Source of the DNA: Paramoeba atlantica
Taxonomy: Eukaryota > Protista > Discosea
Direction: 5' to 3'
DNA: 64,000 nt
NCBI GenBank assembly: GCA_977017575.1
Contig: CDRNVI010000040.1
Coordinates: forward strand, 372,001-436,000
Shown here: in pieces, positions 30,789 to 42,100 of the stretch
Layout of the letters: every line of letters starts with the position of its first letter
Numbering within the stretch: the first letter of the stretch is position 1
Notes under the pieces: model-generated
Told to the model about the DNA's origin: nothing
Database searches by the model: none
Seen by the model: the letters and a program-made list of their open reading frames with translations, nothing else
Position numbers and translations under genes: made by a program

Positions 30789-30884
30789 CCTGTATCTTCG
30801 TGTCTCATCCTCAAAAGAACTTTATCTCCCCTCTTGGGAGCCGATATGATACTTTGGGCATCTTTGAACTTGGAAGGCAATTTT

Positions 30885-31030
30885 TTGATAATTTGTTTCT
30901 GTTTTAAAATGAGCTAAAAGCAGCGGGAACGTACAGATCTCAGAATTTTGAACGAAAAAGTGGTATGGTTCCCTCTCTTGCGAAAAATAAAGGGATCACT
31001 TATTCGTGGGCGCGGGTTTATTAATTTACA
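30885..31030 (+). repeat. Relic of the hAT-associated subterminal repeat family
   Basis: CAGCGGGAACGTACAGATCTCAGAATTTTGAACGAAAAAG (30921-30960) recurs with few mismatches at 47567-47606 and 47199-47234. Confidence 0.75.
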
Positions 31031-31109
31031 TTTATACATGTAGGTGCTAATTTATAGCCGCGTTAGTGCGTCGTTCTTTTTCTTATTTTACATAAAATAG
31101 ATAGTTCAC

Positions 31110-31577
31110 ATGCTTCATTTTACCCGCATTCATTGGAAAAAGCCGGTTTTACGTACCAAATCTGACGGTCTTGTCTCGCAGCAACTAAAACGTCTGCTAA
31201 ATAAGGAGCAATACGTCCCCCACAAAGTATGGGACCCCTTGATTGAATACGAGCCGCGCAGACTTCGTTATTCTCACTGTAATCTGGATTCAACCGGGGC
31301 CGTTGTGCATGACCCACATATTGAGAAAACAACGTTCTTAGTCCCTGACTTGGATTACTACACCATTCCAGTTCCAGACCGATACAAGGACGCTTATTGG
31401 ATCCGAGTGAGAGAAGCTCGCCGCGTCCAGCAAGATCCTTACCATCTAGATGTGCAGAAAAAAATGTGGAATAAGTTAGATCGATCTTCAACTGACTTTC
31501 AGTATTTATCATGCCAGCCGAAATTTCAGTTTTCGGTTCAGCAAATTTTAGATCAGGCTTCCAAGGAACGGAGGTAA
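31110..31577 (+). CDS. Hypothetical basic protein, possibly mitochondrial (mitoribosomal-like)
   Basis: 155 aa with MLHFTR-type presequence; positioned in the + strand array. Confidence 0.6.
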   Translation: MLHFTRIHWKKPVLRTKSDGLVSQQLKRLLNKEQYVPHKVWDPLIEYEPRRLRYSHCNLDSTGAVVHDPHIEKTTFLVPDLDYYTIPVPDRYKDAYWIRVREARRVQQDPYHLDVQKKMWNKLDRSSTDFQYLSCQPKFQFSVQQILDQASKERR

Positions 31578-32032
31578 AGAACAAGGAATGCGTCCGTTTT
31601 AGGTCAGATTTTTTAGCAATTCGCACTTTATACCTACGCATTACCTGCTGCTTCATAGCGTAGTTCGCGCTGCGATCATTACTTGGTAGCGCAGTTGTCC
31701 TCGTACTATCCTCCCCGGTGAAAGTCCGACATGGAAACTAGAAATGTTCCTTTTTGTCATTCAATTGGATTTTCTTAATCATTATTAATCGTAATTTAAG
31801 TTAAATTATTATTAACTACCTTACTAACTGCCACTATGAATTTAACTGCGCGCTTCTTATTCATAAAAGATCATTATTTATTGACTCAATCTATCTCTTG
31901 AGATATTCAGTTCTGTTCTTGAGATATTCTTCATGTCTTGAGATATTTAAGAAATGTTTGCTTTGGAAATTTATCGACAGAGCAGTACGAATCATATTAC
32001 CGTAAAACTTTCCATCAGCTGGATCTGATCTT

Positions 32033-34798
32033 ATGAGCACGAAACCAATTTCAGAAAACAGTGAGGAAGACACAGTTACGCCCAGTGAGGCGGTATCTGT
32101 TCCGACAGGAAACGATCACAACCAAGATACGGACTCCAGTTTTTTGCACCTTGTGAAACTTTATTTTTTGGACGACGTTGGCAATTGGCAGCCGGAAGGA
32201 GTGGGTACACTGACGTTGTCTGAGAATGGTCGACTGCTATCAGTACTCGATGGAGAAGTTGCATTGTTAGAAACCGACGTCACTCCAGATGACTCCTACC
32301 GATCATCAGAAGAAACCATTCTTATGTGGCATGACAGCTCCCTGCAGCGAGAAGTAGCCCTGGCCTTTCAAAGCCGGGCTGCATGTCAGGAAACGCTGAC
32401 TATTCTTGAATGTTTGCAAGTGGAAATAATGAACGAAACTTTGGGGGTGCAAGTTCCCGATTTCAATTCCGAAGAATACCACTCCTCCGATGCCGAAGGG
32501 GTTACGGAGAATTTCTCAGGTGAAGATGGGATTTCAACCTTTTATGATGTCAATAATAAGCTCAAACGAAGTCGAGATGAGCAAAACGATCCTGATTTAG
32601 ATACAGGTGTCGTACAAAGGCGGAACTTTAGTAGCGCTTCGCAAGATGCAGTGGGTGTTCCAAGAGGTATTTTTGTCCCATCAAGGCAGAGAAATTTAAG
32701 TCTACGCGTGTTACAAGGTCCTTTGAAAACTGTTTTGGACTTGTATTTTGACGTACCAGGGGGAGCGAACATTGACGCTGCGCACATCAACCACACCGAG
32801 TTTTCACCGGCAGGAATCTACTTAAAATCAGTGGGTGATCCCGAGAAAAGTTCAGAAGTGTCTTCGCCTTCACTGGAAAATCGTGAGGAAACCTATCCGA
32901 ATCAAAAATCAATGAGTGATGAACAGAAATTTACTGAATTACATTTTTCTCTTCTGGCGTTATACGAACACGATTGTTTATTGCCGCTTCTTGGAAATTA
33001 CCCCATAGTATTAGAAAGCTTTTTGGCATTCTTCCCGTCCGATGCATCGCTTCAAAATTCAGAACAATCAACATTGCTAAAAGATATCGTGCACGTTACG
33101 CGTTTGGTATTATCACAAGTATGCGCTCGACCGAATCATAACATATTTGTTTCACTATTAGGATCCTACGAGGCGATTAGGCGTCTCATTAGAATCCTAG
33201 AGTTTGATTCGGAGATAAATCCTCGAGGAATTACACACGATTCAATAGTCTCGGGCACTATTGATACTATAAAGTCATCTGATATCCCTTGGAGTGAGGA
33301 TCAACTTCGAAAAGTCAAGTACATCTATGCCCTGTCATACCTCAGAGAAAGTGTTGCACCGCGTTTAGTGGAAGACGAAAGTGTATCTGGAGGTGCGCTT
33401 CCTGCTCACTTAAACAAGATGCGACTTGAATGCTACCGGCAAGTTTATCAAGACAAGACACTTATGCGTGCGCTTTGTAAAAAACTTACTCCATTTTCGT
33501 TGGGCGTTTTGTATGAGATTATGTCGCTTATGAAAACAAATTTTTTCCAGCTTGCCGTTCGAGAAGAATATTTTGACACACTTTTGGCGAATCGAATACT
33601 TTATGGAACCACGTATGTTGTTTGTGCTTCCAGCACTCGGCTCCGTGGGGCCGTCAGCGACCTCTGGTACCAATTGGCAGGGTTGCGTACGGAAAAAGTT
33701 CGTGAGTACCTTATAAGTGAGGAAGAGGTGGTTGCGAAGTTCCCACTCCTTCACATGATGTTAGATCGAGTGCTCCGTGAGGGTACAGAACCTATCGCTG
33801 TGCAATGGAGAGAAACATTTTATTTGCTTCTCTCTATATCACCCGGCGCATATTCTACGTATCAGATACCATTTCGGGATATATTTCTCGCAGACTCTCA
33901 CGGATTGTTGAAGAAATTGATGGAGGCTTCGCATGTTGCACATTCGCGTACTCAACTGAGTCTGCTTGCTTTCTGTATTAGAACACACTGGAATTTTATT
34001 GCACAAACTCTCTTTGCATCCAAAACACTTAATGAGATGGAAAATTATGTTGTCAACACAAAACAATCTATGGGTCTGCGGTTGGCGGCTGCGGATGTGT
34101 TGCGTGATACCTTCACAGCTTGTAGTCGAAGTGATGTATCTTCACTGGAAGGCTACCTTATCTCTACTTTGGATCTTCTTGCAGAACGTCGAACAAATAA
34201 TTTACTTCGCACTTCGTTGTTATCTATCTTTACAACCTTGTATCAGAGACGATTTTGGGATACTTTGCTGGCTTTGCGAGACAAAAGCGATGTATTTGCA
34301 CGTATACCTCCGCTGTTGTCACTCACCAGAGACATTGAAGAGCAAAAGAAGGTGTCTCTAAAGTGTGATTCGTTGTCGCCATCAGATTCGGTTATATTGG
34401 ACGATGCGTTTTCACCAGAATTTGACGTGGACGTATGGGAAGAACAGTTTGCAAACCTTCAGGGTGTGGAAACGGAAACATTAGTAGAGCAAGCTCAAGA
34501 CGAATATGATGAAAACATTGAACGCCTCGGATTGGACAAGCCTGAGGATTCCACGGTTACAGATGAAACAATGGATCAAGAAGAAACTCAAGTGGGGTCT
34601 ACGAAAACCTTTCCAAAGACTTCTTTAAAATGTGGATCGCCCGCTCCTCGACTGAATATTTCCGTATTAAGTACCATAGCAAAGCTTTGTAAAAAACGTA
34701 GTTCAAGCACGGTGCCTCAAAGTGAGTCCAACGAGAATGTCGGTGGTTCTGTTGAGCAGGACAACTTTTTTGATTCCTTACAAGGTGAGTCCGATTAG
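32033..34798 (+). CDS. PP4R3: Protein phosphatase 4 regulatory subunit 3 (SMEK/Psy2-like)
   Basis: N-terminal EVH1-like VKLYFLDDVGNWQPEGVG...EETILMW...LAFQSRAACQE, followed by a helical SMK-1-like region (YALSYLRESVAPR). Confidence 0.8.
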   Translation: MSTKPISENSEEDTVTPSEAVSVPTGNDHNQDTDSSFLHLVKLYFLDDVGNWQPEGVGTLTLSENGRLLSVLDGEVALLETDVTPDDSYRSSEETILMWHDSSLQREVALAFQSRAACQETLTILECLQVEIMNETLGVQVPDFNSEEYHSSDAEGVTENFSGEDGISTFYDVNNKLKRSRDEQNDPDLDTGVVQRRNFSSASQDAVGVPRGIFVPSRQRNLSLRVLQGPLKTVLDLYFDVPGGANIDAAHINHTEFSPAGIYLKSVGDPEKSSEVSSPSLENREETYPNQKSMSDEQKFTELHFSLLALYEHDCLLPLLGNYPIVLESFLAFFPSDASLQNSEQSTLLKDIVHVTRLVLSQVCARPNHNIFVSLLGSYEAIRRLIRILEFDSEINPRGITHDSIVSGTIDTIKSSDIPWSEDQLRKVKYIYALSYLRESVAPRLVEDESVSGGALPAHLNKMRLECYRQVYQDKTLMRALCKKLTPFSLGVLYEIMSLMKTNFFQLAVREEYFDTLLANRILYGTTYVVCASSTRLRGAVSDLWYQLAGLRTEKVREYLISEEEVVAKFPLLHMMLDRVLREGTEPIAVQWRETFYLLLSISPGAYSTYQIPFRDIFLADSHGLLKKLMEASHVAHSRTQLSLLAFCIRTHWNFIAQTLFASKTLNEMENYVVNTKQSMGLRLAAADVLRDTFTACSRSDVSSLEGYLISTLDLLAERRTNNLLRTSLLSIFTTLYQRRFWDTLLALRDKSDVFARIPPLLSLTRDIEEQKKVSLKCDSLSPSDSVILDDAFSPEFDVDVWEEQFANLQGVETETLVEQAQDEYDENIERLGLDKPEDSTVTDETMDQEETQVGSTKTFPKTSLKCGSPAPRLNISVLSTIAKLCKKRSSSTVPQSESNENVGGSVEQDNFFDSLQGESD

Positions 34799-35023
34799 AA
34801 TTGCCCACCTTCACAAGATAGTGTAGTTTAACAATTCACTCCGTGCTTTTCGTGCGGCTGCAAAATGTGCACTACTGTATGATTTGTTGACAAGAGACGC
34901 AACTTAACAACTTGAATATTATCGATTTGTTTTCTTGCAGTACTTCTCTTTACTTTTCGACCCACAATTTGTCTTCCTTCATTCACACGATCTCCTCCCC
35001 TACATCTCCACAATGCCGCCCCC

Positions 35024-36550
35024 TTGACACCCCTCATGACCTACGACCTTTCCTCTTCCATCACTCGCCGCGGTTCTCTTCCTCTCTGGGACATCTCCCA
35101 CACAGGTGCTCTGGGAAACACACGAATGCAGGTCCCGGGTGTCGTCATCTCTCACCCGGACTACATGCAGGACATGCTCCGAGAGCTTCACGCGCGCCGT
35201 CCCCTCTCCCCACACGGCGGCTCCTCACCTTGTCTGCTTCAACTCGCCCATGCCGCCTCCCTCCCCGGGGCGGTGCTCCACGCTGTCGGGTTACCTGACA
35301 TGCACACCGGGTATGGCTTTGCCATTGGCAATGCCGTAGCCACCGATTTCGAGGCCAACGGGGTGATCTGCCCCGGAGGGATTGGGTTTGACATCAACTG
35401 CGGGGTCCGGGTGCTGCGGACGAACCTAACGGTCGAGGCGTTCACCCCGGAGACCCGGGAGCGACTCGCTCAGGAGCTGTATAACCGGATATCGGTGGGG
35501 ACCGCTACCCGGGACTTTGTAAAAATTAAGGAAAAAAATGTGGATGAGATTCTGGAGTGTGGGATGGATTGGGCGATTCGGGAGGGGTACGCCTGGGGAG
35601 AGGACGCGGACCGCTGTGAGGAGTTTGGACGGATGAGGTGTGGCGTGGCCGCGGCGGTATCCCACCGCTCTCGACGCCGAGGGGTGCCGCAACTCGGAAC
35701 CCTGGGCTCTGGAAATCATTATCTGGAGGTCCAGGCGGTGGAGGAAATTTACAACCGCTCCGCGGCCTCCTGTTACGGTTTATTCCATGGACAGGTGGTA
35801 GTGATGCTTCACACTGGGTCCCGAGGTCTGGGCCATCAAGTGGCCACAGATGCCCTGGCTGAGATGCCACGTGCGATGGCACGTGAGGGAATTACCGTCC
35901 CCGATCCCCAGCTGGGATGTGCCCCCATAAATTCTCCCGAGGGTAGGCAGTATTACCACGGCATGTGTGCGGCCGCGAACTTTGCTTTTGTGAATCGCAG
36001 CTGCGTGACCCACTGCGTCCGCCACGCTTTTTCCCAGTGCTTCCAGCAAACCCCCGATGAGATGGAACTGGACGTCTTATACGATGTAGCCCATAACGTC
36101 GCCAAGACGGAGGAGCACCCTGTACAGGGACGGCCGCGCACCGTGCTGGTGCATCGTAAAGGTGCTACACGCTCCTTGGGCCCCTTTCACCCATTGGTGC
36201 CAGTGGAGTACCAAAGGGTGGGTCAGCCTGTACTCGTTGGGGGTTCCATGGGCACCTGTTCGTGGATTTTGCACGGCACTACACAAGCCATGGAGCGCTC
36301 CTTGGCCACCACTTGTCACGGCGCAGGCAGAGCACAAAGTCGGTCCCAGTCCCGGAGACAACCGGCGGGGGAGGTTTTACGAGGTCTGCGGGACCAGGGT
36401 ATTGCCCTGCGCTGCGCGAATCCTGAAATGATCTCGGAGGAAGCCCCGGCAGCTTATCGGGATGTGAACCATGTAGTAGACATATGCGAGCAGGCGGAAA
36501 TATCCAGAAAGGTTGCGAAGCTGCGGCCTTTGATTGTCATAAAGGGTTAG
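35024..36550 (+). CDS. RTCB: RtcB RNA ligase (tRNA-splicing/RNA repair)
   Basis: PDMHTGYGFAIG, FDINCG, LGSGNHYLE, HTGSRG, HRKGA and HGAGR catalytic motifs all present. Confidence 0.96.
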   Translation: MTPLMTYDLSSSITRRGSLPLWDISHTGALGNTRMQVPGVVISHPDYMQDMLRELHARRPLSPHGGSSPCLLQLAHAASLPGAVLHAVGLPDMHTGYGFAIGNAVATDFEANGVICPGGIGFDINCGVRVLRTNLTVEAFTPETRERLAQELYNRISVGTATRDFVKIKEKNVDEILECGMDWAIREGYAWGEDADRCEEFGRMRCGVAAAVSHRSRRRGVPQLGTLGSGNHYLEVQAVEEIYNRSAASCYGLFHGQVVVMLHTGSRGLGHQVATDALAEMPRAMAREGITVPDPQLGCAPINSPEGRQYYHGMCAAANFAFVNRSCVTHCVRHAFSQCFQQTPDEMELDVLYDVAHNVAKTEEHPVQGRPRTVLVHRKGATRSLGPFHPLVPVEYQRVGQPVLVGGSMGTCSWILHGTTQAMERSLATTCHGAGRAQSRSQSRRQPAGEVLRGLRDQGIALRCANPEMISEEAPAAYRDVNHVVDICEQAEISRKVAKLRPLIVIKG

Positions 36551-36652
36551 TTTCAATTTGTTTGATTGCTGTTTTTTATAGTGTTAGATACAAACGGCGT
36601 CTATTCATCTTGACCACACACAGTCTCACAATTTTCTTCTAAAAACTCACAA

Positions 36653-37840
36653 ATGTCCTTTGCCGAACTTTTGGCGAACTACAGCGTTCCTCCGGACGTG
36701 ATCGCAGGAAAGGCACCACCTAATATTCGTGCCGCACAGTGTTTTCTCGTGTACGCCAATATTCACCCCACGATGTCCGTCGTAACTTTTCTTAATCGCA
36801 TGAGCGACATCATGAAAACCGCCGCATGCGCCACCACTCATTTGGACCTTAATTTTCTCGGTCTACAAGCCGAGCACCGCAAGGCGTTGGAAAAGCTTCT
36901 CGTCAACTGCCGCTCTCTTCTCTACCTCGACATACGACGCGGCAACGCTGGCCTCCACAACGTCAAAGACCTTGAATGGCTCGAACACATCATCACCCAA
37001 CGCAATCCAAAAATCCAAGCCATCCTCGTCCAACCCCAATCCTTTGGCTCCCGAACCCGCTCCCCCAACGGAAAACTCCTCACCTGGGAACTCACCGACA
37101 CCATGGAAGACGCCACCCTCAAACTTCAACCCCCCTCTTCCCCCCATGATCCAACCTCCTCCTCCTCCTCACCACCCCCCTCTCTTCCCCTGCCCTCCCA
37201 CCCCGGGGCCCCTCCCCCCTCCCACCCCTCCCCCTCCTCCCCCTCTTCCCCCCCTCCCGGCTCCATCCGCGACGCCGTCGCGCTCTTCCACGACCACCGC
37301 CTCGCCCCCGCGGACCTCTTCCGCGACCCCCGCGGCTTCGACCAAACCGTCGAGGCCCTCCGCGCCCGGGGCGAGACCCACCGGGCCGCCCACCTCGCCG
37401 CGGCCTCCAAGCTCATCTACGACGTGCTCCCGCTCTCCGTGGTGCGGTGGAGCGCCGGGCTGCTCGCCCCCGCCGGGCTCCAGGACCACCTGTACGACCC
37501 CGCGGTGCTGGAGAGCGTGCTGAGCCGGACCCACGCCGGGGGGAACCCCGGGGGGGTCCCGGTGCTGCGGCGGGCGCTGGACGTGGCCCGGCGGAACGTC
37601 GGGATCACGCTCCACCGCCACGGGTACACGGAGCGGGACGTGACGCTGGACCTTTCCGGGATTCGACGACGGGTGGAGCACCTGCGAGGGGAGGACCCGC
37701 AGGAGGCGGAGATGCTGGAGGAGGCGATGGAGAGGGCGTTGGAGTGGAAGCCGGAGTTTGGGCCGGGGCTGCGGAGGAGGAGCGTGTCGCGGGAGAGGTC
37801 GCAGGAGAGGAAGTACACGATGGTGCGGAGGAAGCGGTGA
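36653..37840 (+). CDS. Hypothetical protein with RNI-like LRR-type N-terminus and Pro/Ser-rich linker
   Basis: 395-aa ATG-started ORF. THLDLNFLGL...LLYLDIRRGNAGL resembles RNI-type repeats. Confidence 0.6.
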   Translation: MSFAELLANYSVPPDVIAGKAPPNIRAAQCFLVYANIHPTMSVVTFLNRMSDIMKTAACATTHLDLNFLGLQAEHRKALEKLLVNCRSLLYLDIRRGNAGLHNVKDLEWLEHIITQRNPKIQAILVQPQSFGSRTRSPNGKLLTWELTDTMEDATLKLQPPSSPHDPTSSSSSPPPSLPLPSHPGAPPPSHPSPSSPSSPPPGSIRDAVALFHDHRLAPADLFRDPRGFDQTVEALRARGETHRAAHLAAASKLIYDVLPLSVVRWSAGLLAPAGLQDHLYDPAVLESVLSRTHAGGNPGGVPVLRRALDVARRNVGITLHRHGYTERDVTLDLSGIRRRVEHLRGEDPQEAEMLEEAMERALEWKPEFGPGLRRRSVSRERSQERKYTMVRRKR

Positions 37841-38253
37841 GGGGAGCGGGGGGGGTTCTTTGGGGGTGGGATGGGATGGGATGGAGGGGTATCCAATAAG
37901 GAGAAAAAATGTGAAGTTTTGGATGGGCAAACAAAGGAATGTACACCAACATAGTAAAATAATGTGCGTGTGGGTAGAATTATTTATAAAAACCGAGTTC
38001 GTTGCATCACGAAACAAAAGCAAAATTATCCCTCTATCAGTTGCGCTAAGAAACCTCTTGAACTTCGTAAGTTTACCTTTCTATCCGTTTTTAGTAAAAC
38101 CTTTTTACTACAGTACGGTACGACAACACTGCCATGGTAACAAGCTATAGCAGCGATTCGATAGACATGAATGTTTATTTTTTGTCCTACATTCGGATTT
38201 TTATTGAGACGTTGTAGTTTTTTTACTGTAATTTTACTGTAAGTAACAAAAAC

Positions 38254-38856
38254 ATGATTTCTCACCCGTTGCTCTTGCTTGTGCTGGGTGTGGGACCGTT
38301 GGGTTCTATGATCCCTTTTAACGCCCTCTCGGAGAACGCGGTTGAGCCTCTCCGTCCCGAGACTTTTTTTGCTCCCCCTGAAGACCTGTTGGAGCTCTTC
38401 CGTGAGAAACGGTATCACATTGTTCCGGCGCCTGATGCCACCCCGGGTCATCCTCAACTGTTTTACGCACTGGCACCCTACAGTGTAACTGTGTTGCAGA
38501 GTTTCGATTTGGCGGTACGAATTCAGCATCCCACACTCTCCTTGATGCTCTCTAAATCATCGCTTTCCTTTTCGTATCTTGTAGTACATAGTGTACCCTC
38601 CACTCTGTCGTCGAAGAACGAGTTTTGTAATCATTGGAACTTTCGTTTCCGATTGGCCACGTGCTCTGTAGACGAGGCAGGGAGGTATCACCTGTACCAT
38701 GAACTGCGCTTTGTTCAGGACCAGCCCGCAATGAATTTGCTCGTGTTACAGGAGGCTATGAAGTACTTCGAGCGCAGCCTACAACTTTTTACCAAAAAAG
38801 TTGTCGAACAGCCTCATCGGGCAGTGGGCGCATCCGATCATGGATCGGAGTTATAG
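38254..38856 (+). CDS. Hypothetical protein, possible YbjN-like domain
   Basis: 200 aa. EFCNHWNFRFRLATCSVDEAG resembles the YbjN CNxWN motif. Confidence 0.55.
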   Translation: MISHPLLLLVLGVGPLGSMIPFNALSENAVEPLRPETFFAPPEDLLELFREKRYHIVPAPDATPGHPQLFYALAPYSVTVLQSFDLAVRIQHPTLSLMLSKSSLSFSYLVVHSVPSTLSSKNEFCNHWNFRFRLATCSVDEAGRYHLYHELRFVQDQPAMNLLVLQEAMKYFERSLQLFTKKVVEQPHRAVGASDHGSEL

Positions 38857-39116
38857 GATGACATACCACTGAGATGTTCGTATAGTTTGTAGCATGATAG
38901 CTTGTACGCAACACAGCATACAATACTGTGTTGTAGTAGTGCATGTAGTATTGTGATGCATGTAGAATGAAACTTGCTCGATTTTTCTCTTCATCTCACC
39001 TGGTGCTTGGGTGGCTGTTTATGTGAGAAATAAAGTTTTTTAAGGAAGAAGTGAAGTATCTGGGATAGGAGCTGATTTTGTAACTTCTCTAAAAATCTTC
39101 AAATTTTAGTTTCTAC

Positions 39117-42100
39117 ATGTCCTGCCCGGAACTTAAAAAAGTCATTGCCGCAAAGACAGAGCGGGTGAAAGGCATTGATGTCCATCCGACAGAGCCCTGG
39201 GTTATCTGCTCGCTTTATACTGGACAGGTCTGTCTATGGAACTATACGACAAGCTCTCTTATGAAAACTTTCGAAATCTTGGACATTCCGATCCGCGCAG
39301 TGCGTTTCATTGCCGCTCAGAATTGGTTTGTTTGTGGGAGCGATGATGGATGTTGTCGGGTATATAATTACTACACAATGGAACGCATTGCTCAGTTTGA
39401 CGCACATCAAGACTATATCCGTTCCATTGCTGTTCATGCTACACTTCCCCTGGTACTCACTGCAAGCGATGATCACACCGTCAAGCTGTGGGACTTCTCG
39501 CAGGGATGGGCGCATGTACGAACTTATGAAGGACACAGTCACTATGTGATGGCAGTCGTGTGGAATCCTAGGGAAGGTCCAAATTTTGCAACCGCGTCGC
39601 TCGACAATAAGGTGAAATTATGGAACACAACGACTTCTCGCGCTAATTTCAGTTTGGAACATGACAAAGGGGTTAACTGTGTAGCCTTTTATCCTGGTTC
39701 CGACAAGCCCTATCTAGTGAGTGGTACCGATGATGGAACTGTGTTCCTCTGGGATTTCCCCACGCGTAGTAAAATACACGTACTAAAAGGGCACACCAAC
39801 AACGTTTCCTGCGTAGGGTTTCATGCTGATCTTCCCATTGTCGTGTCCGGAAGTGAAGATGAAAGCGTTCGACTGACCAGTCTTGCCAACTATCGTCTAC
39901 AGAACACCCTACAACTTCGTATGGGTCGCGTGTGGGCTGTAGAAATGCATGCCAAAACTGGACTGTTGTGTGTCGGGATGGACCGCGGTATGGTCGCTCT
40001 TGCCCCAGTGACTCAAAATCAGAAACCGCTTGCCATGGATGCGAACGGCAAGGTATTGTACGCTGAAAAGGAATCTATTTACCGAATTGACTTAAAGGCT
40101 ACAAATTGTCAAGGGCAAGATGGGACACCGGTCCCTGTGACAGCAAAAGAACTTTCTACTATTGAAAATACACCGCTTCTGATTACGTACAACTCGAATA
40201 ATCAATTTGCTTGCGTGCAAAGTGAGAAAGCGTATGCCATATACACAACCCTCACTTGGAGGCCGAAAACATTCGGTGCAGGAATTTCTTTCGCATGGGG
40301 TCCAGAACCCGGTACATTCATTGTTTTGGAGACATCATCGCACTTGAAATTCTTCCGCAGTTTTGCTGAATCCGATCTTCTTCGATTTTCTTCTTCGGTC
40401 AAAGCGGTGCACGGGGGAAACAGCTCAGTTTTTTCAGTCAGTGCGGTAGACATCATGACCTTCTACTCATGGGAGAGTTTGCAACCAGTAGGGAGCATTG
40501 CCGTTGCTGAAGAAGTGCAAAACGTCGAATGGAATACCACTGGTTCAATGGTTGCTTTAGCTACGAAGAAATCTATATACATTATGTCGTATGAGTCCAG
40601 TGCACATACAGACAGTGATAAGGCCTCAAAAGATAAAATTGTCTTCGTTTTACAAGATGAAATTTTGAAATATGCTCTTAGTGTGAGATGGGTGCGGAAT
40701 GTTCTCTTAATCCTTAGCTCTGATGGCATATTATATTATCGCGTTGGAGGTTTTACTGGGGAGATTGCACATGTCGCGCAGTTTGCAGGATTGATCGGTT
40801 ACATTACCCGAGAGGAGCGAATCTATGTTTTGAATCCCGAAGGAAGCGTGTCGAGTTTCCAATTTTCAGATGCAGTAGCTCTCTTTATGAGCCTTATTGC
40901 AGCTAAACAAATTGATTCGGCTAGGAATCTCATTAATAAAATACCTAAAACTTGGAGAATACCCGTCGCAAAGTTTTTGGAAAGTCGGGATGAACGAAAT
41001 CTCGCTCTTGCATTAGCAGATGAAAGCACCTTGAAATTTAGACTGGCAATCTCACAACTGGATCTTACTCTTGCGTTTAAAGCAGCTTCTGAAACAAACA
41101 ATATCTCGGATTGGAAGAAGTTGGCGGATTTGGCAATGACTTTGGGCAATTTCGAATTGTCTGAGTCCGCGTTGCTTCAGGCCAAGGACTATGCTGGACT
41201 CTTATTACTTTATCATTCCACCGGAAACTGGAATGGAATTCGCGACCTGCTGGAAGCTACCAAGGCGAACAGGCAATTCAACGTTGCTTTTATGTGCGCT
41301 TTCACGCTTTCCGATGTAGCGTCATGTATAGATATTTTGTTACTTGATTCCATGTTTCCACAAGCCGCAATATTTGCTCGCCGATGTCGCCTTGATCCGG
41401 AGATGCTGTCAAAAATCGTTCAGAAATGGAAAGCAGGGCTCCTCACGACAAATCCAAGCTTGGCGGAGCGAATAGCAGATCCTGTGGAGAATCCTGGGGA
41501 TTTTTCTGATGTAGCCCCGCTCGCACCTTATACGGCAGAACTTATACGGCAGAACTTATCAGAAGAGGTAATTTCAACAGACACGGTAAATCGAGATTCG
41601 TGTTCACCGGAGCCTTCCAACGACGAAGCGATATATTCGGAAAATGGAGAAATAAACGGCATGAAATCAGATGCTTCAAAATCGGGTTTGTCAGGGGAAG
41701 ATAATTTTGAGTTTGAACACACACCAACACGTAAAAACGGAGTTGAGGATATAGTTTTACTAACACCTAATCAGTATGTGGATTCCCCTGTCTATCCCAG
41801 CGCGCCTGCACCTACGCCAGCGTCCCCACCCTCAGTCGCCAGTGAGCAAGGTCTAGAAGAAAAAACAGAGGTACGTGTCGATGATTGTATCCCCTCGTTT
41901 ACAGCTGAATTGGATGAACTGAAGCTTAGAAGTTTTAAAGAGACATTAAACGGAGAGGACTGTATACTAACGCCTAAATCCTCGGCTAAGAATTTGTCTT
42001 TTGGGGAACTTGATGTGTATCCCAGTGCTACAGCTCATACTTCTGAGAACTCGGCCCTTGATTCTCCGGCAGCACAGGATGATATCGTCATGGAGGCAGA

